Source of the DNA: Neocallimastix sp. 'constans' | Taxonomy: Eukaryota | Length of the DNA: 64,000 nucleotides | Direction: 5' to 3' | Assembly (NCBI GenBank): GCA_050613775.1 | Contig: JBODTK010000138.1 | Location: 62,001 to 126,000, forward strand | Part shown: positions 47,401 through 60,040 of the stretch, piece after piece | How positions within the stretch are numbered: the first letter of the stretch is position 1 | How the letters are laid out: each line of letters starts with the position of its first letter | Position numbers and translations under genes: made by a program | Notes under the pieces: model-generated | The model's input: the letters and a program-made list of their open reading frames with translations, nothing else | The model's database searches: none | What the model was told of the DNA's origin: nothing

Positions 47401-48800
47401 TGTTTGATTATATAAAGTTTATTAAATATATTTAAAACTATATTAATTATATATATTATTTTGTTAATTTATTCTCTTTGTATTTGAAATACATTATTTA
47501 ATTCAATGTTAAAATAATTTAATTGTATTATTAACAAGCCTCAATTAGTATAAATAAGTTTAATTTTGTCAAACATTTTTTTCTTTGTAATTTACCTTAT
47601 TTCTAAATAATAAATATTAATAAATAAACTTTAAATAATAATAAACCGTTTTATTTTCTCTTAGATTAAGAGTTTCAAGTATTAAAAATGTCTACTGGAT
47701 TTCAATTCAAACAAGAAGTCTGTCTTAACAATATATTAATGGCTAAAAAGGTATCTGACTATGTTGATAAAGATTTGATCACACCTCTAGAAATCCAAGT
47801 TAACGCAGCAAGACTTGACGTTGTTAATACTTGTAGTAACCTTTCTGAATAATTGAAAACTGCTAAAAGTTATGATGCCCCTTACCGAAACAATCATTAA
47901 TTCCAAAGTACCTAAAGATGCATTGAAACACATTAAAAATCTTTAAGCTGAGTTTGAATATTTTTGATATAATGGCTAAATTAAAGGGAATTTATAAAGT
48001 ACACTTAGTTAGAGAAGTTGTTTTTGATGAAACCACTTCAGGTAAGTTAACTCTCACTGATTCAAATAATAAAAATAAATTTAAAAGATTTTTACCTAAA
48101 TATTTCAATTTAGATAATTATTCAATTCACATATCAAATGAAAATACAACAAGAGCACTAACTCAGTTAATAATCAACAGAAGGATATTAATCAAACTGA
48201 AGATACAACTAATAATACTAACTCGGTCAATAATCAACAAAATAATACTAATTAAACTAAATATACAACAAGTAATACTAACTTAGCACATTACCAACAA
48301 AATAATGATAATCCAATTAAAACTATTAAACTCCATTCAAGTTATGAAAACAATAGTTCTTTTAGTCAAAATAACGATGACAACGTGACCAACAACTCCA
48401 ACATAGAAGACATTATATCTATCGACGAACCAAACATCAATAACGAAAGTCAGAACTTTGAACTAATTTCAAATCATTCCACCGAAAACATAATTGATAA
48501 AGCCATTACTAATCGATATGACAAAAAATACATTCGACAAATATAGAGACAATATTAATAAATCTTACTACTCAACTCCTGACAACATCATAAGCAATTT
48601 AGCTACAAACTTTGAAACAATCACTATGTCAACTGATAATGAATCAATATTATTCCATAATAACAGAATAACTAATGAAATAACTAATTCAATCAAACAT
48701 ACAATCTACATCGAGTCATCAGACTAGTAAAAGAAAAATTCGAAACTCAGATTTAATAATTAAAAAAATCCTAGAGTTCAGTATAATGGAAAGTCTTCAT
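47401..48800 (+). mobile_element. Degenerate, internally deleted Ty1/copia-like retrotransposon relic
   Basis: ATG at 47688 opens a broken frame reading ..LTETIINSKVPKDALKHIKNL..FDIMAKLKGIY (copia gag-like). This runs directly into KVHLVREVVFDE (cf. the post-integrase SRDVxFDE motif) and then an Asn/Thr-rich linker with 60-bp repeats. Candidate LTR TGTTTGA(47401)...TCAAACA(47575); no primer-binding site seen. Confidence 0.6.
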
Positions 48801-48809
48801 CATTAAATC

Positions 48810-48841
<32 letters not shown>

Positions 48842-49158
48842 AGCTTTATGGTTTCAGTAATTTAACTCTTCCTGGGTTATATAAAAATTTTTATAATTTA
48901 AATTCATTCTTTATTCTTATTTAAAAAAAACCCTCCCCTTTAGAAATGGCTTTAAATTCTTTTCTTTTTTTTCCCTTTATATATATATTAGATTTTGTAT
49001 TATAAACCTTATTTTATTACTGCTCTAAATTTAAATTTATTAGACTTTTTTTTTTATCAGTTTATCAATATTTTTTTTGCTTATAAACTGTTTACATATT
49101 ATAATTAATGTTTAGTTTTACATCTTATTTTATTTTTTTTATTTTTTTTTTTAAAAAA

Positions 49159-50500
49159 ATAAAATTCTGTTGGTATACCGTTAGGACTAGGTGCTTTTGC
49201 TATTTTTTCATTGAAAGAATGGTAGAGTGGGATTTATTGACATTGAAATTAGTGATTTAATGTTCCCAATGATTCCTGAGGAGAAGAAGAATTTGCTTAG
49301 TATTCCTTTCTAATAAATTTTCATTAAGATTGTAGGCTGGTTATATCAGAAGCAAGTTCTTCATAGTATTCCTCAAAAAAAAAAAAAAAAAAAAAAAAAC
49401 GGTTTGAGTTGATCTTCTTCTTTAAATACTATAACATTACTTGTTTTTTTTTAATGCATAGAGGTGATTTGGAAAAAAAAAAGAAAGGAGAGAAAGAAGG
49501 GTGTAGAGATTTTCTTAAAATCTAAGTCTAGACTAAACCACATTGAGAGTCAATTTTTAAGAAACATTTGCCGATTAAATAAAACAAATTTTTAAATCTA
49601 ATTATCCTAATATTTCTCTTAATACTAATAATATAATCAGAAAGAACCACCTGTATTCTTTGGAGAGATACAGAATTTTTGAAGGTAAGATAAATCACTT
49701 CTAAATACAAAATTTTTAAATCCTTTTATGAAAATAAATGTTTTTTTTTTTTTTTTTTTTTTTTTTTCATGAGGATGTAAGGCAATGGAATATTGAACCC
49801 TTTTGATCTTTAGTAACTCTTGCTTGAATTTCATCACCTATTTTATTGGCTTTAAACAAGAAATTTCTTTACCATTGAGTTAGAATCAAGATGGTTATTA
49901 TTATGGTCAAATTTCATCAGGTAAGCCTGTGGATTTATTATGGAGGGAGTCAATTGCTTTATGTTTATCCCTATCAATTCGACTAGACCATTTAATTTAT
50001 TTACCAGGAGGAGACGTAGTAAGAGTATCAGGAGGTGCCTTTTTTTTTTTATTATTAGAAAGAATAAAATGGTAAATTGGAAAGAAATATCGTTAAAGGA
50101 GTTGCATACAGAAGCAGTTATCAGATAATCCCTCTAATTTATCATTTTACAACTATATAGTCAATACAGGGGTTCCTTTCTACCAGTAAGTAAAGTATAC
50201 TGGCGATCAAACCATATTCATAACAAACTATTAAAGAGAAATTCTAAGAATTAAGATTCTTTAAATTGTTGGTTTAGTCATGTTCTTGAAATCACCAATA
50301 ATAACAGAATGGGACATATTCTGGTGATTCTTAAAGCCATTTAGTAAAATTAGTTTTCACTTTATCTCTAGAGTCCTTACTTTTTTTTTTTTTTTTTTTT
50401 TTTTTGCTGAAGACTATTCGGAGATAGGAAAAATGGGTTCAGAATAATATCTGATTCTATTAATAGCTTCTACAGCTAAATGTGTGAATCCTTGAAGTAA
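49159..50500 (-). mobile_element. Degenerate non-LTR retrotransposon (APE-type LINE) ORF2 5' part
   Basis: Ordered minus-strand motifs: VIIGDFKN (50305-50282, cf. GDFN), CIDYIVV (50168-50148, cf. IDYI), LSDN (50128-50117, cf. SDH, shifted frame) and KAPSPNGIPTEFY (49197-49159, cf. KAPGPDG before the RT). Many stops and frameshifts. GC-richer patches up to ~51350 may belong to it. Confidence 0.8.
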
Positions 50501-51479
50501 TCTTCTTATTTATTCTTTTAATTAGTTATGTATTTTGTAATCAAATAAATAACCTTTAAATAATCCATAATATTAATATTGTTAACGCTTAGGATGAAAT
50601 AGTTTTCCATATTAATATAGTGTTTTTTTTTTTTTTTTTTAACAATTCTATGAATAATTTCATTACAAATTGATATTATTATTTATTATTTATTATTTAT
50701 TATTAAAAATTCCCAGAGTCTACTTTCCATCAAAGGGTTCAAGGTCATGAAGGAAAATTAAAGCAATTTTTTTTTTCATTGTCAGGAACAAAAAGACTCA
50801 GAGACCTCTATGGAGAGTTGACATTTCAAAACAAAACAAAACAAAAAAAAAAACAAAAAAAAAAAGAACTTTATAAAAAAATTATAATAAAAATTAAACA
50901 AAAAAAAAAAAAATAAAAATAAATTATTTACTGTGGTCTTTTCTTTTGAAATATTCTTCTTTATATATATATATATATATATATTGTATTAATTTCATTC
51001 GGATTTGCAATTTAATGAAATAAAAATCTGATTAGTATCATAATTACATATTTATTCAAAAAAAAAAAAAAAAAGATATAAATATATATATATATAAATA
51101 TATTTTTTTTTACTATCAACCTCAGTATCAACGAGAATTAAGATAACCTTTCCTCAGTAAATCCCAAAGAAGGTGATATGTCCCTGAGGAGGATATAAAT
51201 AATTTGTGAGTATTGCATATTAAATTGGACCATTTAAGTTTAAAATTGGATTAATTTTTCTATTTTCTTTCTTGTCCATTAGAAAATTGATTTTTCTTTA
51301 ATTTGAATCAAAGAGACTATACACTATACACTAGAATTTTTTATTTCAACATTTGTTTAAAATTATGATTTCAGTATTGATTATTTTTTAATAGATGTAT
51401 TTATTTATTTATTTTTCTTTTTTATAATACTTATATTATCTATATTACCTAAACTTCTACTTTCTATTATTATTTTCAA

Positions 51480-51810
51480 CTACTACTTTCTACTACTACT
51501 ACTTTCTACTACTACTACTACTTTCTACTACTACTTTCTACTACTACTACTACTTTCTACTACTACTTTCTACTACTACTACTTTCTACTACTACTACTA
51601 CTTTCTACTACTACTTTCTACTACTACTACTACTTTCTACTACTACTTTCTACTACTACTACTTTCTACTACTACTACTTTCTACTACTATTACTACTTT
51701 CTACTACTACTACTACTTTCTACTACTACTACTACTTTCTACTACTACTACTACTTTCTACTACTACTACTACTACTATCGACTATTGCTTTCTACTACT
51801 ATTTCTACTA
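51480..51810. repeat. Compound (CTA)n microsatellite punctuated by CTTT
   Basis: Repeating short CTA runs separated by CTTT over ~330 bp. Confidence 0.9.
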
Positions 51811-51893
51811 ATAGTAATAAAATTTAATTGAAATAAAGAAAAATATACAATGAAAGTTAATTTTGATATTTATATTTAAGAACAATATGAAAC

Positions 51894-51932
<39 letters not shown>

Positions 51933-52043
51933 AAGAAAAATAAAAAAAATGAATGAATGAATGAATGAATGGTTGCCTAAATTCAAGGATTTTCATATCA
52001 AAAATAAAATTTTATTATTATTTAATACGTCCAATCCTGAAAA

Positions 52044-52082
<39 letters not shown>

Positions 52083-52346
52083 AAAAAATAGAAATAATTA
52101 ATAATTATCATTTATAAAAACAGAATAATAATAATAAAATAAAAGAAAATGTATATATATTATATTTATTATATATATATATATAGAAATAATTTATAGA
52201 AATAATTAATAATAATTATCATTTATAAAAAACAAAAATAAAAAAAAAAAACAATAAAAAAAAAAAGAATCGATCCATCAATCCATCCAACTAAAGAAAT
52301 TTAGCAAATAAAACGACCCCAACAATTTTTAAAAAATAAAAAAAAA

Positions 52347-52388
<42 letters not shown>

Positions 52389-52439
52389 ACACTTATATTT
52401 ATATATAAATATTTCTATAGGAATTTTTTTTATTATTAT

Positions 52440-52472
<33 letters not shown>

Positions 52473-52488
52473 TTTATTTTATTTTATT

Positions 52489-52523
<35 letters not shown>

Positions 52524-52760
52524 TGTATATATATAAAGACTTTATCATCTTTTTTTCTATTCTTTTTCTATTTTGTTTTGTTTTTCTATTTTAAATATAT
52601 AAAATCTTTTAAATCTATTATTATTATTATTATATATTTAAAAATAAATAAATTAAATAATTAAATATATATAATATATATATTTATATATTTATATATA
52701 TTTCTGAAGTTTTTCAAAATAACTGATCGTTTTTAATTATAAGTAAGTCTAATGATATGG

Positions 52761-52806
<46 letters not shown>

Positions 52807-53073
52807 CTTATGTTATTTAAAAAAAAAATTAAAATTTAGTTTACTGAATTGTATTATATCTTATTCTCTATGTATTTTATATATATATTAATAAAATATT
52901 CATGTTCAGTAAATACAATAAAAAAAAAAAAAAAAAAAAAAAAATAAATACTAATTATGTATATATATATATATATTTAATTATATTTTGATATATTTTG
53001 ATATACTTTGAATACTTTAATAAAATTTGATATATTTTGCTTTATTATTATTATTATTATTTTTTAATTTTTA

Positions 53074-53251
53074 TTAATACATATATAATGATTGAATTCT
53101 TCTTTTACGTTCTTGTTTATTATTTAAACAATTCATTGGTAATGCACCCCATTTACTAGTTGATAAATTACTATAATATTATTAAAATAAATAAATAAAT
53201 AAAGATTAGTATATTATACAACAATAATAAAAAATTTATTATTACAATTAC

Positions 53252-53288
<37 letters not shown>

Positions 53289-56234
53289 TAATAATAAAAA
53301 ATAAAAAAAAAAAAATTTTTTATTTTTATTTTTTTTATTAACTTACGTTCCAACACACCAACCATCTTCAAATATTTTTTCTACTTCAAAGACATGACCA
53401 ACTTTAACAGAAACTTCATCATTTAATACTTGTTCATAATCCTTAATAATTTCATATCTATCACCTTCACGAATTTCTTCATCCTTTCTTCTTCTTCGAT
53501 CTCTTTCATGTGAAGCATTTCTTTCTCTATCTCTATTTCTATCCCTATTTTTCTCATTAGAATTCTTAGCATTATATCTTTGTTCCCATTCTGATTCTTT
53601 ATCTCTTCTTCTTCTATCTCTCTCTCTCTCTCTCTCTCTATCTCTACCTCTTTCTCTTTCTCTCTCTCTTTCTCTTTCACGTTCCCTTTGATTTGGTCTT
53701 CTATCCCTAGATCTTTCATCACCACGTCTTCTTTCTCTAGAACGTTCTTCACCTCTTCTTCTATCTCTTTCTCTACTTCTATCCCTACTTCTTTCTCTAT
53801 CTCTACTTCTTTCTCTACTCTTTTCTCTTTCTCTTTGTCTTCTTTGACGTGATCTATCTTCCTCTTTTTCTTTTCTTTCTTTTTCTTCTTTCTCTCTTCT
53901 TTCTCTTTCTTCTTTTTCCTTTCTTTCTCTTTCCTCTCTTTCTTTTCTTTCTTTTTCTTCCTTTTCTTTTCTTGCCTTTTCTTCCATGGCCTTTTTATGT
54001 TCTTCAGTTTCGACATTAATTAGGGGTATATCTGAGGATTCGCATTTATGATTTTCAACTTCTTCAATAGGTATATCTTTTTTACATATTTTACATTTAA
54101 TAGTAAAGTGATTCATGGTAAATTCAGCTTCTGATTCAACATCAGAAGCATTTTCTTCAATTTCAAACATTGAAACGAATTTTGGATTTTTATCTGTTCC
54201 AGAATTTTTACTTAAATAGATAGACATACTACTCTTACTTAAATAAGTTTCTAATTCTTCTCTGGAACTAATATTACTTGGACTTAATAATTTTTCTTCT
54301 TCAAATCCATTATTATAATTATTATTATTATTATTACTATTATATGAATATTTATCTTTTTCATAATTACTTCTTCTACTTCTTGGACTATCTTCATCTT
54401 CATCTCTATCTCTATTTCTATTTCTATTTCTTTCTCTATCTCTATCTCTATCTCTATCTCTATCTCTATCTCTATTTCTATCTCTATTTCTATTTCTTTC
54501 TTGTATTCTTTCTCTTTCCTTTTCTCTAATTCTTTCTCTACTTCTTGCCCTCTCAATATTTTCACGTTCTTCTTGACCTTTTCTTGAGGAAACACTTCTG
54601 TCCCATGTATAACTTTTATTTGGATCATCACGCTTTTTTAATGCAGAACGTAGAGGCTCCGGTTTAGTATCATTGGATATGGTATTGTATTTAATATTGG
54701 TTGGAGAAGTATCCAATGGCGTGTTATTATAGATACTATTATAATTACTATTATTATTATAAATACTATTATTATTGGTATTATTATTATATGGACTATT
54801 ACTAAATGGACTTTTATCCGTTATTATTGAATAATAATCTTCATTTAATCTTGGATTGAAAACATTTAATCTAGTTTCATTTTTCATTCTTCTCATACTA
54901 TCAAAATCTACATCATTTTCCATTTTTGGTCTATTATTCATAAAAATTTCATTGGGACTATCACTTGGAAGTTTATTATAATTACTATAATCTATATCCT
55001 TCCTCCTTGAGTTTCTCTTATTGTTGAGACTATTAAAATAATTATTATTACTTGGAATGATTTGAATACCTGGATCACCTTCTATACTATCATATTCCTG
55101 AACTCTATTTTCCATAGTGCCAACTTGTGATGCAAATCTAGCTTTTTTACTACTTGGATTACCAATAATTGATACTACTTTAGAACTTCTAAATGTATTT
55201 CCATATTCATCTGTTTGATCAACGGTTTTTTTTAATTTTACAAAACATGAAAGTATTATACTCAATACCTTTATAAATTATTAATGGTTTTTTTTGATAT
55301 TTGTTTTTTAATATTTTTTTTCATTTTTATTTATTTATATTATTTATTTTTAATAAAAAGAAAATGTCAATAATAATAATAATTATAAATAATAATAAAT
55401 AATATAATAAATAATAATAAAAAATATAATAAAAAAATAATAAAAATATAAGAGATAATAATATTAAATATAATAAATAATAATAGAATATAATAAATAA
55501 TAATAAAATATTATAAATAATATAATAAATAATATAATAAAATAAATAATAAATAATGTAAAGGTTAAAAAATTTAAATAAATGTACATTTTTTTAAGAA
55601 TATATATTATTATATTATATATACCATTGAAACCATTAATCCTATATATAAAAAGAATGATAATGAAAATAGTGATGTACGACCATTTTTATAGTTATTT
55701 TTGGCACTTCTACCTATAATTAAATCATCTAATGATTGCAATATATGAATAATACCAAAAATATCTAAAAATAAGAATACGACTAGTATCAACCATATTA
55801 ATACTGCTATTATATACTATAGAGTCAATAAAAATTAAAATTTTTACAAATAATGTAATTTTTGTTAAATAATAATAATAATAATAATAAATATTAATAA
55901 TTATTAATAACAATATTTAATAATAATTTCGATTTTATAAATTTTAAAATTTTTAATTAAATTATTTTAATAAAATTTATGAAAAAATTATATATATATA
56001 TATATAAATATATATATATTATATAAATATTTAAATATAAATTACCATATATAAATATTTTAAGCTTGTAGTCCAAAAACCCATGAACGATATTGCAACA
56101 GATAAAAATATTAATGTACTGTGTATTCCCATACTTATATATGCACCTTCTTTTGAAAGGATTGCTGCTATGGTAACAGCTAAACCTGTTTGTAAGAGCA
56201 ATGAAAGTACATATAATTTATTCGTTACTGCCAT
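53074..56234 (-). CDS. ~799-aa membrane protein: 4 N-terminal TM helices, long cytoplasmic region with C2HC finger and RD/RE/RS tracts, C-terminal SH3 domain; exons 56234-56046, 55816-55625, 55268-53347, 53170-53074
   Basis: Three phase-compatible GT-AG introns give a 2400-nt frame. There are four hydrophobic segments in the first ~140 aa and a CKICKKDIPIEEVENHKC motif. The SH3 reads YEIIKDYEQVLNDEVSVKVGHVFEVEKIFEDGWCVGT|NLSTSKWGALPMNCL and is completed only by the last exon. Confidence 0.85.
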
Positions 56235-59200
56235 TTTATTATATATATATCTATATCTATTTATTCAAAGTTTTATTATATATATCTATTTATTCAAAGT
56301 TTAAGGTATTTTATTTTTTATTATAACGTTTATAGCGGTATTTAATAAGCAATAACTGTTTATATTATAAAGTTTATATTTTATATTTTTCTGTATACTT
56401 ATATATATATTTTTTTTTAATATATACTTTGTTGAATTTTTTTTTTTTTTAGTATTAATTTTCAAAATAGCATAGATTCAAATTAAAAAAAAAAAATGGA
56501 TATATATTTGTTTATGCTATTTTTATCATATATAAATATATAATTAATCCATAACATATATTTCTATGAGTTATTGAAAAATTTTACAAGTTTGATGATT
56601 ATTAAAAAAAAATAAGTAATTTCCTTTAAAGGTTCAATATATATATTTTATTATATATAACTTTTAATTTAAATTAAATTTTATTATTAACACACAGTTA
56701 TATATATGTGGTATTGGGATATATTTTGTTTTATATGATATTATTCATTAAAATATCGAATAAATTGTTAAATAACAAATTTTTTTGTTAATAAAATATA
56801 ATTTATTTATTTAATTGTTTTATTCCTTTATTAATAATTAAAATGGAAAATAAAAAAAGAATATCCTTTAAAATAGAATTTGTATGCTAATTCATTCTTT
56901 AAACTTATTTTCAAATATTTCTTGTTATATTTTTAATATATAAATTTTTTTGAATAATTATGTATAATCTAAAATTAATAGATTGATGAAAAAAAATAAT
57001 ATTAATAAATAAAATAAGAAGATTTAACAAAAGAAATAAAATAAGTTTAAGTAAAAAAAAAAAAAAAAATTCTGTTATTTATTTAATATTTAATATTTAA
57101 TAATTAATTTTTAATATTTAATAAATATTTAATAAACAAAATATATATTAATTTTTTTTAAACATGCTTCAAAAAAAAAAAAAAAAAAATTTTTTTTTAT
57201 TATTAATAAAACTGTAATATATAATTTTTTTTTTTTAAAAAAAAAAAAATATTGCCAAATGTTCAACAAAAAAAAAAAAAAAATTAAAATAATATTTTTT
57301 TATAATTAATAAAATTTTATAATTATTTTTTTTTTATATTTCTAATTTATCATTATTAATTTATTGAATAAAAAAATTTTTAACAATTTTTTTTTTTAAT
57401 ATATTGATATTGATTGTTTATATAATAATAAATAATGGTATATTTAATAATTGTATTACAATAAATTGAAATGTAAATTGCCGCTATATATTTTAAATTT
57501 AATCTAATATATTACTAATAGATAACTTTATCATTTATTATTTTAATATAAATAGAAAAAAGAATTTATTTAATCCTATATTTTTTATATATTTGATATT
57601 ATTTTTTTTATATTTAATATTTTTTTTTGTTATAATAAAAATAATATGAAGTAGAATTAAATAAAAAAAAAAAAATACAAGATGAACATAAAACTTTAAA
57701 TATTAATAAATTTATTATATTAATTTTATACAAATATATAATTAATATAAATATATATATTACTATAATTACTAAAAAAGTAAAAAAAAATAAATAAAAT
57801 AAAAAAATTTTTTTAATATATATAAATTCCTTTTATCTAACTGAATGATTAATGATTTACCTTTAATATATTAAATCTATTATTATAGTATTAATAATTA
57901 ATATATGTGAGTAGTTAACTTTATTATATTACTTAAACTTTTAGTTATATCAGATTATATATTGATAATATAAATGAATATAAAAAATTACATGGTAATA
58001 TATATAGTTAATATAATGAATATAAACTCCATTTAGTAGAAATATTAAAAATTAAGGTTATTTAATTTAAGTTAAAAAAAATAAATTAAAATTTTTTAAT
58101 ATGGAAATAAGAAAATCATAAAAAAAAATTATATTAAATAAAATTTAAACTTTTATTTTTTTGTTTTTTTTTTTCTTTAATTTTTTTATTTTTTGTTTTT
58201 AATTAAACCTTAAAAAAAAAAGAAATAAAAATAATAATAAATTATAATTATTATTATTATTTTATTTTTTTTTTTTTTTAATTTAGCTTTATTAAAAAAA
58301 AAATCCTTTTTTTTTATATTAATTTTATTTTTATATTATATTTATATTATATTATATTATATTTTATTGTTATATTTTTTATATTAATATTTATTTATAT
58401 TTTTTATTGTTATATATTTTTTATATTAATTTTATTTTTATATTATATATATTATATTTTATTGTTAATAGTTTATTGTTATATATTTTTTATATTATAT
58501 TTATTTATATTATAGTTTATTTTATTATTATTATTATTATAATTTTTTTTTTATCATCTGTTTTATGTAATACAAAATTCATCATAGAATGGAATGAAAT
58601 GGAATGGAAAGGTGACACAATCATCATCAGTGATTAAAGTTATTTGTAAATATTAAAATTTTGAATGACTTTATATAGAATTAAATGAAATTTTGAATGA
58701 ATCATTCTGAACACTTGCTTTGCTTAGAATAATAGGATTATATTAAAAAGAAAAAAAAAATTGTTTATATTCATATAATCTAATTATAATAGTTTTAATA
58801 TATGACTTTGAATTTCTTGCTCAGTTTCTATTTTTTATATCTTTAATATACCAAGAATAATAATAAATCAATTGTTTCCTTTTTATAATGTAAATATTAC
58901 ATATATTATAAATATTAAATAGAATAAACAATAATAATAAAATAAAAAAATCATTCATTTTCAAATCTTATAATGTTCTATTTATTATTATTATTATTTT
59001 CTTTATAAACAATATAAAAAAATTTCTATATAGAAATTTATTTTATACTTTTATAAATTAATTTATTAATAAATTAGTACTAATTTATTCTATATTAAAA
59101 ATCAATTATGGTATATTTAATTTAATTAATGAATAAATAAATAAATATATATCTTTGTATTTCCTTTTTTTTCTTTAAATAAATAAATAAAGACTAAATA

Positions 59201-59559
59201 AAAAACAAACAAAAAAGGTTAATAAAATATAAAGAAAACATATACTAATTTTTATAATAAAATATTAATAATAAAAAATATATATATAAATAATTGAATA
59301 AATAATAAATAATAAATATTAATAAATAATAAATATTAATAAATAATAAATAATAAAAAATAATATGTATTAATAAATGATAATAAATAATAATAAATAT
59401 AAATGATTAATTTTTTTTTTATAAATTACATAATAAATATTGTACAACATAAGACATATTTAAATTAAAAAATAATAAAAATAAATCATTATTACTTTCT
59501 AGGTTAATATTAATATATAGGTTAGTATAAATATAAATTAAAACATAATATATAATAAT

Positions 59560-60040
59560 TAATACATAATAAATAATACATAATAATTAATACATAATAA
59601 ATAATTGAATAATAAATAATTGAATAATAAATAATACATAATAAATAATTGAATAATAAATAATTGAATAATAAATAATAAATAATAAATAATTGAATAA
59701 TAAATAATTGAATAATAAATAATTGAATAATAAATAATTGAATAATAAATAATTGAATAATAAATAATTGAATAATAAATAATTGAATAATAAATAATTG
59801 AATAATAAATAATTAAATAATAAATAATTGAATAATAAATAATTGAATAATAAATAATTAAATAATAAATAATTAAATAATAAATAATTAAATAATAAAT
59901 AATTGAATAATAAATAATTGAATAATAAATAATTGAATAATAAATAAAAATTAATTATTAATACATAATAATTAATATATAATAATTAATACATAATAAT
60001 TAATACATAATAAATAATTGAAACATAATAAGTGATACAT
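59560..60040. repeat. 15-bp minisatellite (TAAATAATTGAATAA)n with TAATACATAA variant flanks
   Basis: About 20 near-perfect tandem units between ~59640 and 59945. Confidence 0.9.

Noticed and set aside
51480..51810. (CTA)n/CTTT array as an interstitial telomere
   Set aside because: No TTAGGG-type unit; irregular compound microsatellite.
53423..54631. RS/RD-rich region suggesting a splicing factor such as U1-70K or an SR protein
   Set aside because: There is no RRM, and the tract lies in frame between TM helices and an SH3 domain.
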